A stretch of 64,000 bases of DNA, taken from assembly GCA_032718475.1 (NCBI GenBank), contig JAUCBJ010003086.1, positions 23,443 to 87,442 of the forward strand, in the 5' to 3' direction. This DNA comes from Nemertoderma westbladi (taxonomy: Eukaryota > Animalia > Xenacoelomorpha). A model generated the notes under the pieces. That model was not told the DNA's origin. It was given only the letters and a program-made list of their open reading frames with translations, and ran no database searches. The first letter of the stretch is position 1. Each line of letters opens with the position of its first letter. The position numbers and the translations under genes were made by a program. Shown one piece after another: positions 1-11,795 of this stretch.

Positions 1-460
1 TTTGTATTTATTTGGGAAGGAATTAATTTTAGTCATCTCATCATTCATAATTTTGACTTCTTGTTGACATGGCAATACACCCCAACTCCAGCAAGCTCTA
101 AACTAATAATACGTGATACAAAATGCTCTACAAAACATGCTGGCAGAACAAAAAATCACGGTTTTATACTAGTTTCTATGAAACCAGAACCATTGGTTAA
201 ACACCCTAACTCCAACAAATCAGCTTACATTGAATGGCAAAACACCCTATAATTTTATTTCATCACTTTAATCCCATTTTCGTCATCTCTCACCATCTAT
301 TCTATTAAAAAAATCGAAGTTAGCCTGTTAAGTTCCCTTAGGACCCATTATCAGCGATTTCTCACAATGTCTTCAATGTTGAATTAGGGGAAACGCGTTT
401 AGGTTAATATCTCAAAATGTGTTTTTTTAGGATAGGGTGTATTGCCAAACAACGGCAGTG
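1..460 (+). mobile_element. Right end of a second copy of the TIR transposon at 13141-15812 (cut by window start)
   Basis: 1-460 is near-identical to 15354-15812 and ends in the same terminal repeat GATAGGGTGTATTGCCAAACAACGGCAGTG (reverse complement starts CACTG). Confidence 0.85.
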
Positions 461-884
461 TAGTACTATAGTAGTACTGTAGTATTTAATTTTACCATGC
501 ACACAGGTGAGATGTAACTGCCGATTGAATAATTAATCATTTAAATCATTGTGTGAAAAGTAGCACTTTTCAGCGTTTTGATCCGAGTGTATTTATCGAT
601 ATTTATGCGAGCGTAGCGAGTGAGGTATACTGTACAGTACATCATAAATATACAAAAAAAAACATTTTTGAAAAGAAGAAGCCTATTTGTTTTCTATGTA
701 ATAAATAATTTTATTTGATTTCAATTTCCATTGCCGTGATTATAGGGGCCTTAATTATAAAATTGGAAAATAATCTTACAGATATTGAATTTGGATCCAT
801 GGCGAATCGGCTAATGCAGAATGGCATTTATGGAAAACGAAAATCATACATGTTTTAATATTGGATTGGTATAATTTGTAACAG

Positions 885-2108
885 TTAAGTTGTATTAAAT
901 GTTTCTAGAAGTGCATCTTTTAGTAGAATGTAATCTTCTTTCTTGTTATAAACACTGCAAGATATCCTTATCCAGCGTCTGCCATTAAAACTGTAGAACC
1001 AAGGAACAACCTTGTTATTAGTCATAAATGTGAAATTCAATTCTATTTCTTCCTCATGCGGTATTGGATCTCCGGGAATCTCTATCATTCTCATACAAGG
1101 CGCTTCCATACTCCTCGGTATCTCCAGTTTATTGGTTCCCAAGGCTTCTGCTATCATCTCCTGAGCCCAAGAGATTAGAGGCTCAACGTAACCGTGAATG
1201 GCGTTAAACCCACCGATTGATTTATGGAAGTCGACTCCTGCTGAAGCGCTCAGGTAGTTACTGATGTCCTGAGTGCCTTGATCGAAAAACTTGTCCTGAA
1301 AAGTTCCTTTATAGGAGTGACTTGTAACTAGAGGTTTAACAGCTGTTTGGTACTCCGGTCGTACCCACATAACAGCACACCCTCTAGGCGCAAACGCCCA
1401 CTTGTGTAAATTTCCAACGTAGTAATCAACTCCAGCCTCTTCCATTTCCTTGAGGTCTACCGGTATTTGTCCGGGGCCGTGAGCTCCATCCACTACAATG
1501 ACCACGTTCAACTCCTTTAAAGTCGCAGCGATTCTGACGACCGGCCAAAGAATCGCACAACAACTACTGATGTGGTCCAATACTACAACTCTTATAGATC
1601 TGTTAGAGGAGCACGTCTTGTAGTAAAGGTCTACGATTTCCTCTTCTGATTTGATTGACAAGGGGACTTGTAAATTGATAACGTTCGCTGCATGTTTCTT
1701 AGTTACTTCATCTACAGTGTATCCGGTCGAGGTATATGTATGTGTCTGTCGCAGAATTGTACTGTTGCAATCTAATTGTAAACTATTGATGATCGTGCTG
1801 ATTCCAGTTGAAGTGTTCGCGACAAAAACTACGTCTTTTTTGTCAGAATTAAGAAACGAAGCAGTTCTTTCCAAAGAGGCGTTATATAGATCGCGCCATG
1901 TATCGCCGCTAAAGTAATCAGGTTTCTTCTCCATTAAATCAATCAGCTGATATTTATAATTGAGAACTCGTTTAGGACAGACACCATAGGAGCCGTGGTT
2001 GCAGAACGTCATGTAATTAAATGACAAACAGAATTCTTTCCTAATATCATCTCCGAATGAGGGAACATCCTCGTTTCTGTGATCTAACGATTCATAAACT
2101 ACCTCCAT
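885..2108 (-). CDS. PLP-dependent aminotransferase class-V / C-S lyase (hercynylcysteine sulfoxide lyase Egt2-, cysteine desulfhydrase-, CefD-like), copy A, intronless, 407 aa
   Basis: Motifs NHGSYG, VVFVANTS, DHISS, VDGAHGPGQ, PLP-lysine GNLHKW.APRG, QGT.D, C-terminal RIS...YN; continuous ORF. Confidence 0.9.
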   Translation of the reverse strand: MEVVYESLDHRNEDVPSFGDDIRKEFCLSFNYMTFCNHGSYGVCPKRVLNYKYQLIDLMEKKPDYFSGDTWRDLYNASLERTASFLNSDKKDVVFVANTSTGISTIINSLQLDCNSTILRQTHTYTSTGYTVDEVTKKHAANVINLQVPLSIKSEEEIVDLYYKTCSSNRSIRVVVLDHISSCCAILWPVVRIAATLKELNVVIVVDGAHGPGQIPVDLKEMEEAGVDYYVGNLHKWAFAPRGCAVMWVRPEYQTAVKPLVTSHSYKGTFQDKFFDQGTQDISNYLSASAGVDFHKSIGGFNAIHGYVEPLISWAQEMIAEALGTNKLEIPRSMEAPCMRMIEIPGDPIPHEEEIELNFTFMTNNKVVPWFYSFNGRRWIRISCSVYNKKEDYILLKDALLETFNTT

Positions 2109-3540
2109 TTGTTTTGGTAATTATTTTATGTGATAGGAATATATTGCTGTGGACTCGTCCTGTCAGGAAATATGTGGATATGTTTTTTGAGTGAGATGTT
2201 TCAATAAAAACATTAACTAGGCTTATCTAACTAATCACTAATGTCTAACAATGAATTACATTTCAAACGTGATGGACTGGGGGTATTATTGATTTTGATT
2301 TGATTGCCTGGAGTAGATCGGTTCGTTAAGACTAACGGATCGGATAGGTTCAATGTTTTATTTACACTTCGGATTACTAACCTGAAATCATTTTTTAGTC
2401 ATCATGGATACTTTGGCAGATTTTTAATTGGTTCACAATTGATTGCAATCTTGTTACATCCTTGAAGGGTTGTAAAACCAGGTTCAATAATTATGTATGC
2501 TTTTACCGCCCATGTATGAACAATTAACATGTATAGCATAATATGTATTAACAATTTATCATCCTTGCTGCTTGCATTTTGACATGGCGCAATTCCGGTT
2601 AGTTTTTGGAGAAGCCTCATCTAATTGGGGACCCGCTCCCCTCTTTTTCAGTCTGCCCCCCTGTATGTCGTACTGCCTCCTCCCATTGAAACTGCGCCCT
2701 CCTTTGGGGAACCAATCCCCACTTTTAGGGGACGTCCCCTTTCATTGGGGCCGGCACCATATCTTTTTATTAGAACCTACTCCCTCCCTTTTGGAGATCC
2801 CCCTCTCCCCAAAGTGTGTTAACTCATATCGGATTGATTTAATCCTTAAATATTCATTTAAATATTGTTGTAGTGTATACGGAATACTAACATAAATAAT
2901 TGTATGTAAGTGTGGGCCTAATGTTTACTTCAGGGAACTGTAACTACTGTATCACTATTTTTAGACGTTACTATACTGTTTCTAACATTGCGTTGTTTGC
3001 ATTATTTTCTAACTGTTTATCAATTAATTAAATAATTTATTATTGGTTACTTAACTAATGTACATCGTATCTCATATCATTAGTAATTGTAATATATTAT
3101 AATTTCTACATAAAAATATAATTATTATATAGGTTTGTTACATCGTGCAGTACAGTATATAAATAATTTACATTCAATTTATTAATACATTAAACCAATG
3201 GTTCCAACTCTCGGTTGCCAATTCGAAGGTAGATGTTTAGCTACTGTATAGTTGCAGGTATAAAAACAATGTTAATTAATATTTTAGAAGTTAAAGTTGA
3301 CGCCCCAAAACGCTCTCAGCCGTACCGGTAGTGTTAGAAATAATCACCGTTCGGAGTTGTTACCAATGCTAGTGTCTCAATCTGATTCAAATGAAATGCA
3401 TTTACAATTTGATATCCTGTGTAGTTAATTAGTCTGTTCTTCTTTACAAAATAGCACAAATTTAGCACGATGCGTTATTAACATTTTTATTGTTTTGATA
3501 TTAAAAATAAATTTGTGTACAGAAGATTTGGTATTGAAGT

Positions 3541-4776
3541 TCATTTCTTTATAAGCGTTTCCACAAGAGCGCCTTTTAATTTAATAAAATCGTCTTTTTT
3601 GCTATAAACATTACCAGAAATCCTCAACCACCTTCTTCCGTTGAAGGAATAGAACCATTGCATTATGACTTGGTATTTCGCCATAATTGCGTTATTCAAT
3701 TCTATTTCTTCCTCATGCGGTATTGGATCTCCAGGAATCTCTATCATTCTCATACAAGGCGCTTCCATACTCCTCGGTATCTCTAGTTTATCGGTTCCCA
3801 AGGCTTCTGCTATCATCTCCTGAGCCCAAGAGATTAGAGGCTCAACGTAACCGTGAATGGCGTTAAACCCACCGATTGATTTATGGAAGTCGAGTCCTGC
3901 CGAAGCGCTCAGGTAGTTACTGATGTCCTGAGTGCCTTGATCGAAAAACTTATCCTGAAAAGTTCCGGTTTGGAAACTTGTAACTAGAGGTTTAACAGCT
4001 GTTTGGTACTCCGGCCGTACCCACATAACAGCGCACCCTCTAGGCGCAAACGCCCACTTGTGTAAATTTCCAACGTAGTAATCAACTCCAGCCTCTTCCA
4101 TTTCCTTGAGGTCTACCGGTATTTGTCCGGGGCCGTGAGCTCCATCGACTACAATGACCACGTTCAACTCCTTTAAAGTCGCTGCGATTCTGACAACCGG
4201 CCAAAGAATCGCACAACAACTACTGATGTGGTCCAATACTACAACTCTTATAGATCTGTTAGAGGAGCACGTCTTGTAGTAAAGGTCTACGATTTCCTCT
4301 TCTGATTTGATTGGTAAATGGACATCTAATTTAGTGACTTTCGTGGAATGTTTTTGAGCTATTTCTTCAACAATACGAGCTGTTGATGCGTATGTGTACA
4401 TGTGCGCCAATATTACGCTGTTGGAATCTAACGATATACTTCTAAGAATTGTATTGATTCCAGTTGTAGTGTTCGCGACAAAAACTACGTCTTTTTTGTC
4501 GGAATTAAGAAAAGAGGCGGTTCTTTCCAAAGAGGCGTTATATAGGTCGCGGCATGTGTTGCCATAGTGATAAAAATAATCCGGTTGCTTCTCCATTAAA
4601 TCAATTAGCTGATATTTATAATTGAGAACTCGTTTAGGGCAGACACCATAGGAGCCGTGGTTGCAGAACGTCATGTCATTAAATGACAAACAGAATTCTT
4701 TCCTAATATCGTCTCCGAATGAGGGAGGATTATTGAAACAATCAGCTGGAGTTTCGTAAATTACTTTCGTTTTCAT
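3541..4776 (-). CDS. PLP-dependent class-V C-S lyase paralog, copy B, intronless, 411 aa
   Basis: Same motifs as copy A; near-identical core with diverged N-terminus, residues ~105-155 and C-terminus. Confidence 0.9.
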   Translation of the reverse strand: MKTKVIYETPADCFNNPPSFGDDIRKEFCLSFNDMTFCNHGSYGVCPKRVLNYKYQLIDLMEKQPDYFYHYGNTCRDLYNASLERTASFLNSDKKDVVFVANTTTGINTILRSISLDSNSVILAHMYTYASTARIVEEIAQKHSTKVTKLDVHLPIKSEEEIVDLYYKTCSSNRSIRVVVLDHISSCCAILWPVVRIAATLKELNVVIVVDGAHGPGQIPVDLKEMEEAGVDYYVGNLHKWAFAPRGCAVMWVRPEYQTAVKPLVTSFQTGTFQDKFFDQGTQDISNYLSASAGLDFHKSIGGFNAIHGYVEPLISWAQEMIAEALGTDKLEIPRSMEAPCMRMIEIPGDPIPHEEEIELNNAIMAKYQVIMQWFYSFNGRRWLRISGNVYSKKDDFIKLKGALVETLIKK

Positions 4777-5515
4777 TGCGATTGTCGTGGATTTGTTGCG
4801 GATTAAGATTTTGTAGATTGTGTATAAATTAATTTATGTAAATTTCGTTTGTTGACAACTGTTCATTTATTATTAATTATTTAAACAATTATAATTATAG
4901 ACAACAATAATTGAGTAGGCCTAACTATTGTAATAAGATAAGCCACTATTTTTTAACTATAATTTTCTCGGATTTGCATTTTCAAAATATTTAGTTTTTA
5001 GAAAATTTGGTTAACACTTGGATTGGAGATGTGGAAATACAAGTAACTCGAGAATTTAATGACCTTTTAATCTTCTCTGAAATTATTTATTTCTCATAAT
5101 AAATTATAATAAAAACTCCACTGTTTTGGCAGCACCAGTACAAAATCTGATGAAATTTTGAAAAAGCAGAAAATATGTTTATTTGAAACAATTTGAAAAG
5201 ACATTCGACTATTCTAACAATCAACTATACTTATTTAAATTTAAAGAATATTCCTTGATAAGTACTGGTAAATATTGTACTTTGATATTCACAATATACA
5301 TTGTCAAAGTAAACAAAACAAAGAACCTGACCACCCGACCCATGACCTATTCTATAGAACCCGATGAGCAATGTTGGGTGAGAGCTGCGGTAACTAATTA
5401 TTATATTTTTAATATTTAATCGTGGGACGGAATAATGTCCTCAACTAAACTTTAAATTATTTAGTTTATATCCGATTGGTATAATCCATAAGGAATTTGA
5501 GTTTAGTACCAAACC

Positions 5516-5597
5516 GTAAACTATATATCAATTGCGTTATAAACTCATACTAATTAGTAAACTATATATCAATTACGTTATAAACTCATACTAATTA
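5516..5597. repeat. 41-bp tandem duplication
   Basis: gtaaactatatatcaatt(g/a)cgttataaactcatactaatta twice in tandem. Confidence 0.8.
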
Positions 5598-5990
5598 TTT
5601 TGTATTTAATATATTGTCGGGTGTAGATAACCTTTCTTAACAAGCACTGAAACAAAATTTTGATAATCAATCAAAATATTTGTTCTCGCATAAAAAGCAC
5701 ATCTGCATCTTAAGGGTGGCCGTATTTATTATCAATAACGGAATCAGTACTAAAGTATATAATCAATGTACTAGATTTAAATTTATCTGCTATGGTGGTA
5801 AGGCGGGTGAGTATTTTCAATCCTTACTTTTTTAATAATCGTAAATTATTATCCGAGGCTGCAATCTGTGACTTTATGCAACTCTAATGTACTGTACTAT
5901 CGAACTTGCGTATCGATGTAGTACGTCACTCCATTTTCTATATCTAAGTGAGCTAAGTAGCTATGGGAGTCGGCGAACGTGAAAACCGCC

Positions 5991-7098
5991 ACTGGAAACC
6001 CCAACACGGAATGTGTTAGCTAGATAGTGTGCTGAAAACCCCAACACGGAATGTGTTAGCTAGATAGTGTGCTGAAAACCCCAACACGGAATGTGTTAGC
6101 TAGATAGTGTGCTGAAAACCCCAACACGGAATGTGTTAGCTAGATAGTGTGCTGAAAACCCCAACACGGAATGTGTTAGCTAGATAGTGTGCTGAAAACC
6201 CCCAACACGGAATGTGTTAGCTAGATAGTGTGCTGAAAACCCCAACACGGAATGTGTTAGCTAGATAGTGTGCTGAAAACCCCAACACGGAATGTGTTAG
6301 CTAGATAGTGTGCTGAAAACCCCAACACGGAATGTGTTAGCTAGATAGTGTGCTGAAAACCCCAACACGGAATGTGTTAGCTAGATAGTGTGCTGAAAAC
6401 CCCAACACGGAATGTGTTAGCTAGATAGTGTACTGAAAACCCCAACACGGTATGTGTTAGCTAGATATTGTGCTGGAAACCCCAACACGGAATGTGTTAG
6501 CTAGATAGTGTGCTGAAAACCCCAACACGGAATGTGTTAGCTAGATAGTGTGCTGAAAACCCCAACACGGAATGTGTTAGCGAGATAGTGTGCTGAAAAC
6601 CCCAACACGGAATGTGTTAGCTAGATAGTGTGCTGAAAACCCCAACACGGAATGTGTTAGCTAGATAGTGTGCTGAAAACCCCAACACGGAATGTGTTAG
6701 CTAGATAGTGTGCTGAAAACCCCAACACGGAATGTGTTAGCTAGATAGTGTGCTGAAAACCCCAACACTGAATGTGTTAGCTAGATAGTGTGCTGAAAAC
6801 CCCAACACGGAATGTGTTAGCTAGATAGAATGCCGAAAACCCCAACACGGAATGTGTTAGCTAGATAGTGTGCTGAAATCCCCAACACGGAATGTGTTAG
6901 CTTGATAGTGTGCTGAAAACCCCAACACGGAATCTGTTAGCTAGATAATGTGCTGAAAACCCCAACACGGAATGTGTTAGCTAGATAGTGTGCTACAAAC
7001 CCCAACACGGAATGTGTTAGCTAGATAGTGTGCTGAAAACCCCAACACGGAATGTGTTAGCTACATAGTTTGCTGAAAACCCCAACACGGAATGTATT
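5991..7098. repeat. 40-bp tandem array, about 27-28 copies
   Basis: Unit GCTGAAAACCCCAACACGGAATGTGTTAGCTAGATAGTGT repeated head-to-tail without spacers; point variants increase towards the right end. Confidence 0.97.
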
Positions 7099-7511
7099 AG
7101 GTAGGTAGTAGGTACTACTGCATGACAGCCAGACGGGATTCAGTTAAACATGTAAACTAACATCGGAAATGTAATCACCACCCATATTAAACACTTTAGC
7201 TATAGCTGGTGCGCTTTACTATATATTTTTGATGTTGACAGACAGACAGACCAACGATCGAATATACATCCTGCGTCAAGCCTCGTGTGCATAAACCAGT
7301 ATTTCAAATAAAATCTGATTTCATCGTAAAATGCACACTTTCCTGGTGGGTCATTTCTTGACCCATCCGGTATCTATGTATCAGTTACTCACCCGCAAAG
7401 GGTAGGTTAACTAATTAATAATAAATTATCTATAATCAATTAAATAATTAAAAATGTATAGTGGTTAACAAACAAAATTTACATAAATCACAATTTATAA
7501 CACTTTACTGT

Positions 7512-8052
7512 AGTTGAACGTGGTCATTGTGGGTGGACGGAGCTCACAGCCCCTGTCTCTGTCAAATACCGGTAGATCTCACGAATACCATTACGGATGA
7601 AAGGTACGACCGGAGTACCAAACAGCTGTTAAACCTCTTGTTACAAGTCACTCCTATAAAGGAACTTTTCAGGACAAGTTTTCCGATCGAGGCACTCATC
7701 AGGACATCAGTAACTACCTGAGCGCTTCAGCAGGAGTCGACTTCCATAAATCAATCGGTGGGTTTAACGCCATTCACGGTTACGTTGAGCTTCTAATCTC
7801 TTGGGCTCAGGAGATGATAGCAGAAGCCTTGGGAACCGATAAACTAGAGATACCGAGGAGTATGGAAGAGCCTTGTATGAGAATGATAGAGATTCCTGGA
7901 GATCCAATACCGCATGAGGAAGAAATAGAATTGAATAAAAAGTCTTTCATCCGAAGAAGGTGGTTGAGGATTTCTGGTAATGTTTATAGCAAAACAGACG
8001 ATTTTATTAATAATTAAAAGACTCCCTGGTGGAAACGCTTATAAAGAAATGA
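7512..8052 (+). pseudogene. C-S lyase pseudogene (inverted counterpart of copy B)
   Basis: Begins at ELNVVIV.DGAH (5' half lost), lacks the GNLHKW segment, has frameshifts, and ends with the B-type RRWLRISGNVYSK...ETLIKK stop; 7400-7505 matches the upstream flank of copy B in reverse. Confidence 0.9.
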
Positions 8053-8229
8053 ACTTCACTTCAGTGGGGCGGTTTCAAAGAGTGGGGGGAGCCTCGAAGG
8101 GTGGGGGATACTAAAAAACTAACTGGAATTTCGCCATGTCAAAATAGAAGCAGTAAGGATGATAATTTGTTAATATTATATACAATACGTTAAAGGTTGA
8201 TACATGGGGTGGTAAATGCATACATAATT

Positions 8230-10173
8230 TTATTTACGAAGATACACCCTTAACAGGGTAAATTTAATTGCCAATATTTAAATAAAATTACGGATGTTAA
8301 AATATATATACAGTAAGCAAGTATAAACATTCGAGGGCAAGATGGACAAGATTATATATGATACAGGTTTTCTGCGTTAGACCCATAGAATTCACAAATA
8401 CACAGATTAAAGCGATCGTGATAAAGGCACTTTATTGCTGCGCAGACGATGATGGCATCAATGCGCCGTTGTGCGGGTCACAACATGTCGTTCAGCTGCC
8501 TCGCACCTTTCCAAGAAGAACTTGTGAACGCAGGACCAAGTTAATATCCCTGGTTGGTAAAATTTGCCAATCGTTCAGATCTATGTTCCTTGTAAGCGTT
8601 AATTGCTTCCGAGTTAAACATTAAGGGGTGTTTATCGAAGAGGTCTTCCACTAATGACTTTTCGCCGATGGCCTTTAAGGCTATTGTTGATGATGCAGTC
8701 TTATGTAAACGTAACATACGTTTAACGAATCTCGACTTGATTTTGTCAATCTCCTTCAAATTTGAGAGATTGAAATATATTGCTATCTCAGAAAAGGCAT
8801 AAGTCGCTAAAGGCTCGATTTTCATGTTGAATATTTTCATTGCCGTAGAGATTGACAGACGATGGAGATTTACTAAGCACACAGGAGCTGAAAATGATAT
8901 AATTTTCATTTAGGCGATGTGTTTACTAAAACATTGCCGATGATACCATGCTCGAAGCATGGGGGCGAGATCTGCGAAGAGCACTAAACAAGTCGGCGAT
9001 AATGAGTCACCCTGGATTATTCCTCGTAAATGAGTTATTCATTTAGAAAACCGCAGGCCATCGGAAACTTTTATTGAGTTACTTGTTAACATTGCTTTAA
9101 TAAAATTGAATAATTCCCTTTGATGCCGAATTGACTGTATATTTTCCATAATAAAACAGATCGATTTATGAAAGCAACATAAATAAATAACCTTTCGATT
9201 ATGTTGCCCATGTAAAATATGTGTAATGATTGTCAGTAATTTTTTGATTGCCATTAATGTAGATAATGTAGGTACAAATCCGAACTGTTCCAGCGGAATG
9301 AGGTGAGGGATATTGCACTGCACCCGTTTGTTGAAAATCGAAGTTATAAGTTTCAATAAGACACTGATCAAGGCTATATACCTCGATAGTGCTTATTGCC
9401 CATTGCGATGGAACAGAACCAATTTCAAGGCACACCTTTGAATGTGAATTATTTGCAGAAGATAAATCTTTATATGTTCATAAAAAACTCGGTCAGGCCC
9501 ACAAGTCTTCTTTGACTTTGAATTATGGACTGCGTGTTCAACGGATTACTCACTACACCAAGGATATTTTGAAAATGACCTGCTTCTATTACTCCTTGGG
9601 GGATCGGGGCAGGCTGATTATGTTTCGTCTCTTGGAAGAGCGTTCATGGGTTGATCTCGCAATGTTGGAGCCTCTCAAGTACTTGCATTTCCTCAAAGGT
9701 GATCTTTTTCTCATTTAGTAGTTGCTTGTAATCCCTTCTTTTACTCCAGTAGAGATTGTCAGCATCTTGGGAGTCCCCACGGCCTTTCATTGCTCGCAAG
9801 CGTTAATCTTTCACTCGTTGGCACGTCAGTAGAACCATGGCTTCCAAAAGGTCTCAGAATTATCACCGAACTTTCTGTCACCCGAAGCGCTGTTTAACGA
9901 CGATGTGAGCAAGTCAGTAGCAGTATCGATTCATTGATTAAAAGATCCTCAATGTTCACTCACTGAAGGTTCCTGGATAAAATGTTCAGATTCAAGTTTC
10001 CTTTGAAAGAAGGCTGAAGTTCAATCTCATATGTATTATGACAATAGAGTTCGATGTTCAGCTGTAATTGTTGGTGTTTCCGTATAGGATTGCTTTTAAT
10101 GGAAACAGACGGAGTTCTAATTTGATGACAGGGCGATGTTGATGTGTTTCTGTTGAAGTAAAGATTGATGGTG
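8230..10173 (-). mobile_element. Degraded 5'-truncated LINE (reverse transcriptase fragments) with 9-bp TSD
   Basis: Minus-strand fragments W..STI, LLKLITSIFNKR, EQFGF...ST and post-RT LSISTAMKIF...IKSRFVKRML; TACATAATT at 8221-8229 and 10174-10182; empty site at 2489-2497 in the other arm. Confidence 0.85.
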
Positions 10174-10571
10174 TACATAATTATTTAACCTGGTTTTATA
10201 ACCCTTGAAAGATGTAACAAGATTGCAATCAATTGTATTTGCCATACTTGTGAACCAATTAAAAATCTGCCAATCTACATGACTAAAATGATTGTAGGCC
10301 ATCAGGTTAGTAATCCGAAGTGTAAATAAAACATTGAACCTATCCGATCCGTTAGTCTTAATGAACCGATCTACTCCAGGCAATCAAATCAATAATACCC
10401 CCAGTCCATCACGTTTGTAATGTAATTCATTGTTAGACATTAGTGATTAGTGAGATAGGCCTAGTTAATGTTTTTATTGAAACATCTCACTCAAAAACAT
10501 ATCCACATACTTCCTGACAGGACGAGTCCACAACAATATATTCCTATCACATAAAATAATTACCAAAACAA

Positions 10572-11795
10572 ATGGAGGTGGTTTATGAATCGTTAGATCA
10601 CAGAAACGAGGATGTTCCCTCATTCGGAGATGATATTAGGAAAGAATTCTGTTTGTCATTTAATGACATGACATTCTGCAACCACGGCTCCTACGGTGTC
10701 TGTCCTAAACGAGTTCTCAATTATAAATATCAGCTGATTGATTTAATAGAGAAGAAACCTGATTACTTCAGCGGCGATACATGGCGCGATCTATATAACG
10801 CCTCTTTGGAAAGAACTGCTTCGTTTCTTAATTCTGACAAAAAAGACGTAGTTTTTGTCGCGAACACTTCAACTGGAATCAGCACGATCATCAATAGTTT
10901 ACAATTAGATTCCAACAGTACAATTCTGCGACAGACACATACATATACCTCGACCGGATACACTGTAGATGAAGTAACTAAGAAACATGCAGCGAACGTT
11001 ATCAATTTACAAGTCCCCTTGTCAATCAAATCAGAAGAGGAAATCGTAGACCTTTACTACAAGACGTGCTCCTCTAACAGATCTATAAGAGTTGTAGTAT
11101 TGGACCACATCAGTAGTTGTTGTGCGATTCTTTGGCCGGTTGTCAGAATCGCTGCGACTTTAAAGGAGTTGAACGTGGTCATTGTAGTGGATGGAGCTCA
11201 CGGTCCCGGACAAATACCGGTAGACCTCAAGGAAATGGAAGAGGCTGGAGTTGATTACTACGTTGGAAATTTACACAAGTGGGCGTTTGCGCTTAGAGGG
11301 TGCGCTGTTATGTGGGTACGGCCGGAGTACCAAACAGCTGTTAAACCTCTAGTTACAAGTCACTCCTATAAAGGAACTTTTCAGGATAAGTTTTTCGATC
11401 AAGGCACTCAGGACATCAGTAACTACCTGAGCGCTTCGGCAGGACTCGAATTCCATAAATCAATCGGTGGATTTAACGCCATTCACGGTTACGTTGAGCC
11501 TCTAATCTCTTGGGCTCAGGAGATGATAGCAGAAGCCTTGGGAACCGATAAACTAGAGATACCGAGGAGTATGGAAGCGCCTTGTATGAGAATGATAGAG
11601 ATTCCCGGAGATCCAATACCGCATGAGGAAGAAATAGAATTGAATTTCACATTTATGACTAATAACAAGGTTGTTCCTTGGTTCTACAGTTTTAATGGCA
11701 GACGCTGGATAAGGATATCTTGCAGCGTTTATAACAAGAAAGAAGATTACATTCTACTAAAAGATGCACTTCTAGAAACATTTAATACAACTTAA
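10572..11795 (+). CDS. PLP-dependent class-V C-S lyase, copy A' (inverted duplicate of A), 407 aa
   Basis: Differs from copy A at only about 7 residues; flanks also match in inverted orientation. Confidence 0.9.
   Translation: MEVVYESLDHRNEDVPSFGDDIRKEFCLSFNDMTFCNHGSYGVCPKRVLNYKYQLIDLIEKKPDYFSGDTWRDLYNASLERTASFLNSDKKDVVFVANTSTGISTIINSLQLDSNSTILRQTHTYTSTGYTVDEVTKKHAANVINLQVPLSIKSEEEIVDLYYKTCSSNRSIRVVVLDHISSCCAILWPVVRIAATLKELNVVIVVDGAHGPGQIPVDLKEMEEAGVDYYVGNLHKWAFALRGCAVMWVRPEYQTAVKPLVTSHSYKGTFQDKFFDQGTQDISNYLSASAGLEFHKSIGGFNAIHGYVEPLISWAQEMIAEALGTDKLEIPRSMEAPCMRMIEIPGDPIPHEEEIELNFTFMTNNKVVPWFYSFNGRRWIRISCSVYNKKEDYILLKDALLETFNTT

Noticed and set aside
61-252. Duplicated 63-aa ORF (also 15414-15605)
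   Set aside because: Non-ATG start, inside transposon subterminal sequence, no recognisable domain.
1651-1917. 88-aa ORF (also 10763-11029)
   Set aside because: Antisense shadow of the lyase CDS.
5991-7098. CRISPR array
   Set aside because: Units are contiguous with no unique spacers, no cas genes, eukaryotic context.
885-11795. Bacterial contamination or operon
   Set aside because: Genes are interleaved with eukaryotic LINE and TIR elements shared with the rest of the window; no operon spacing.
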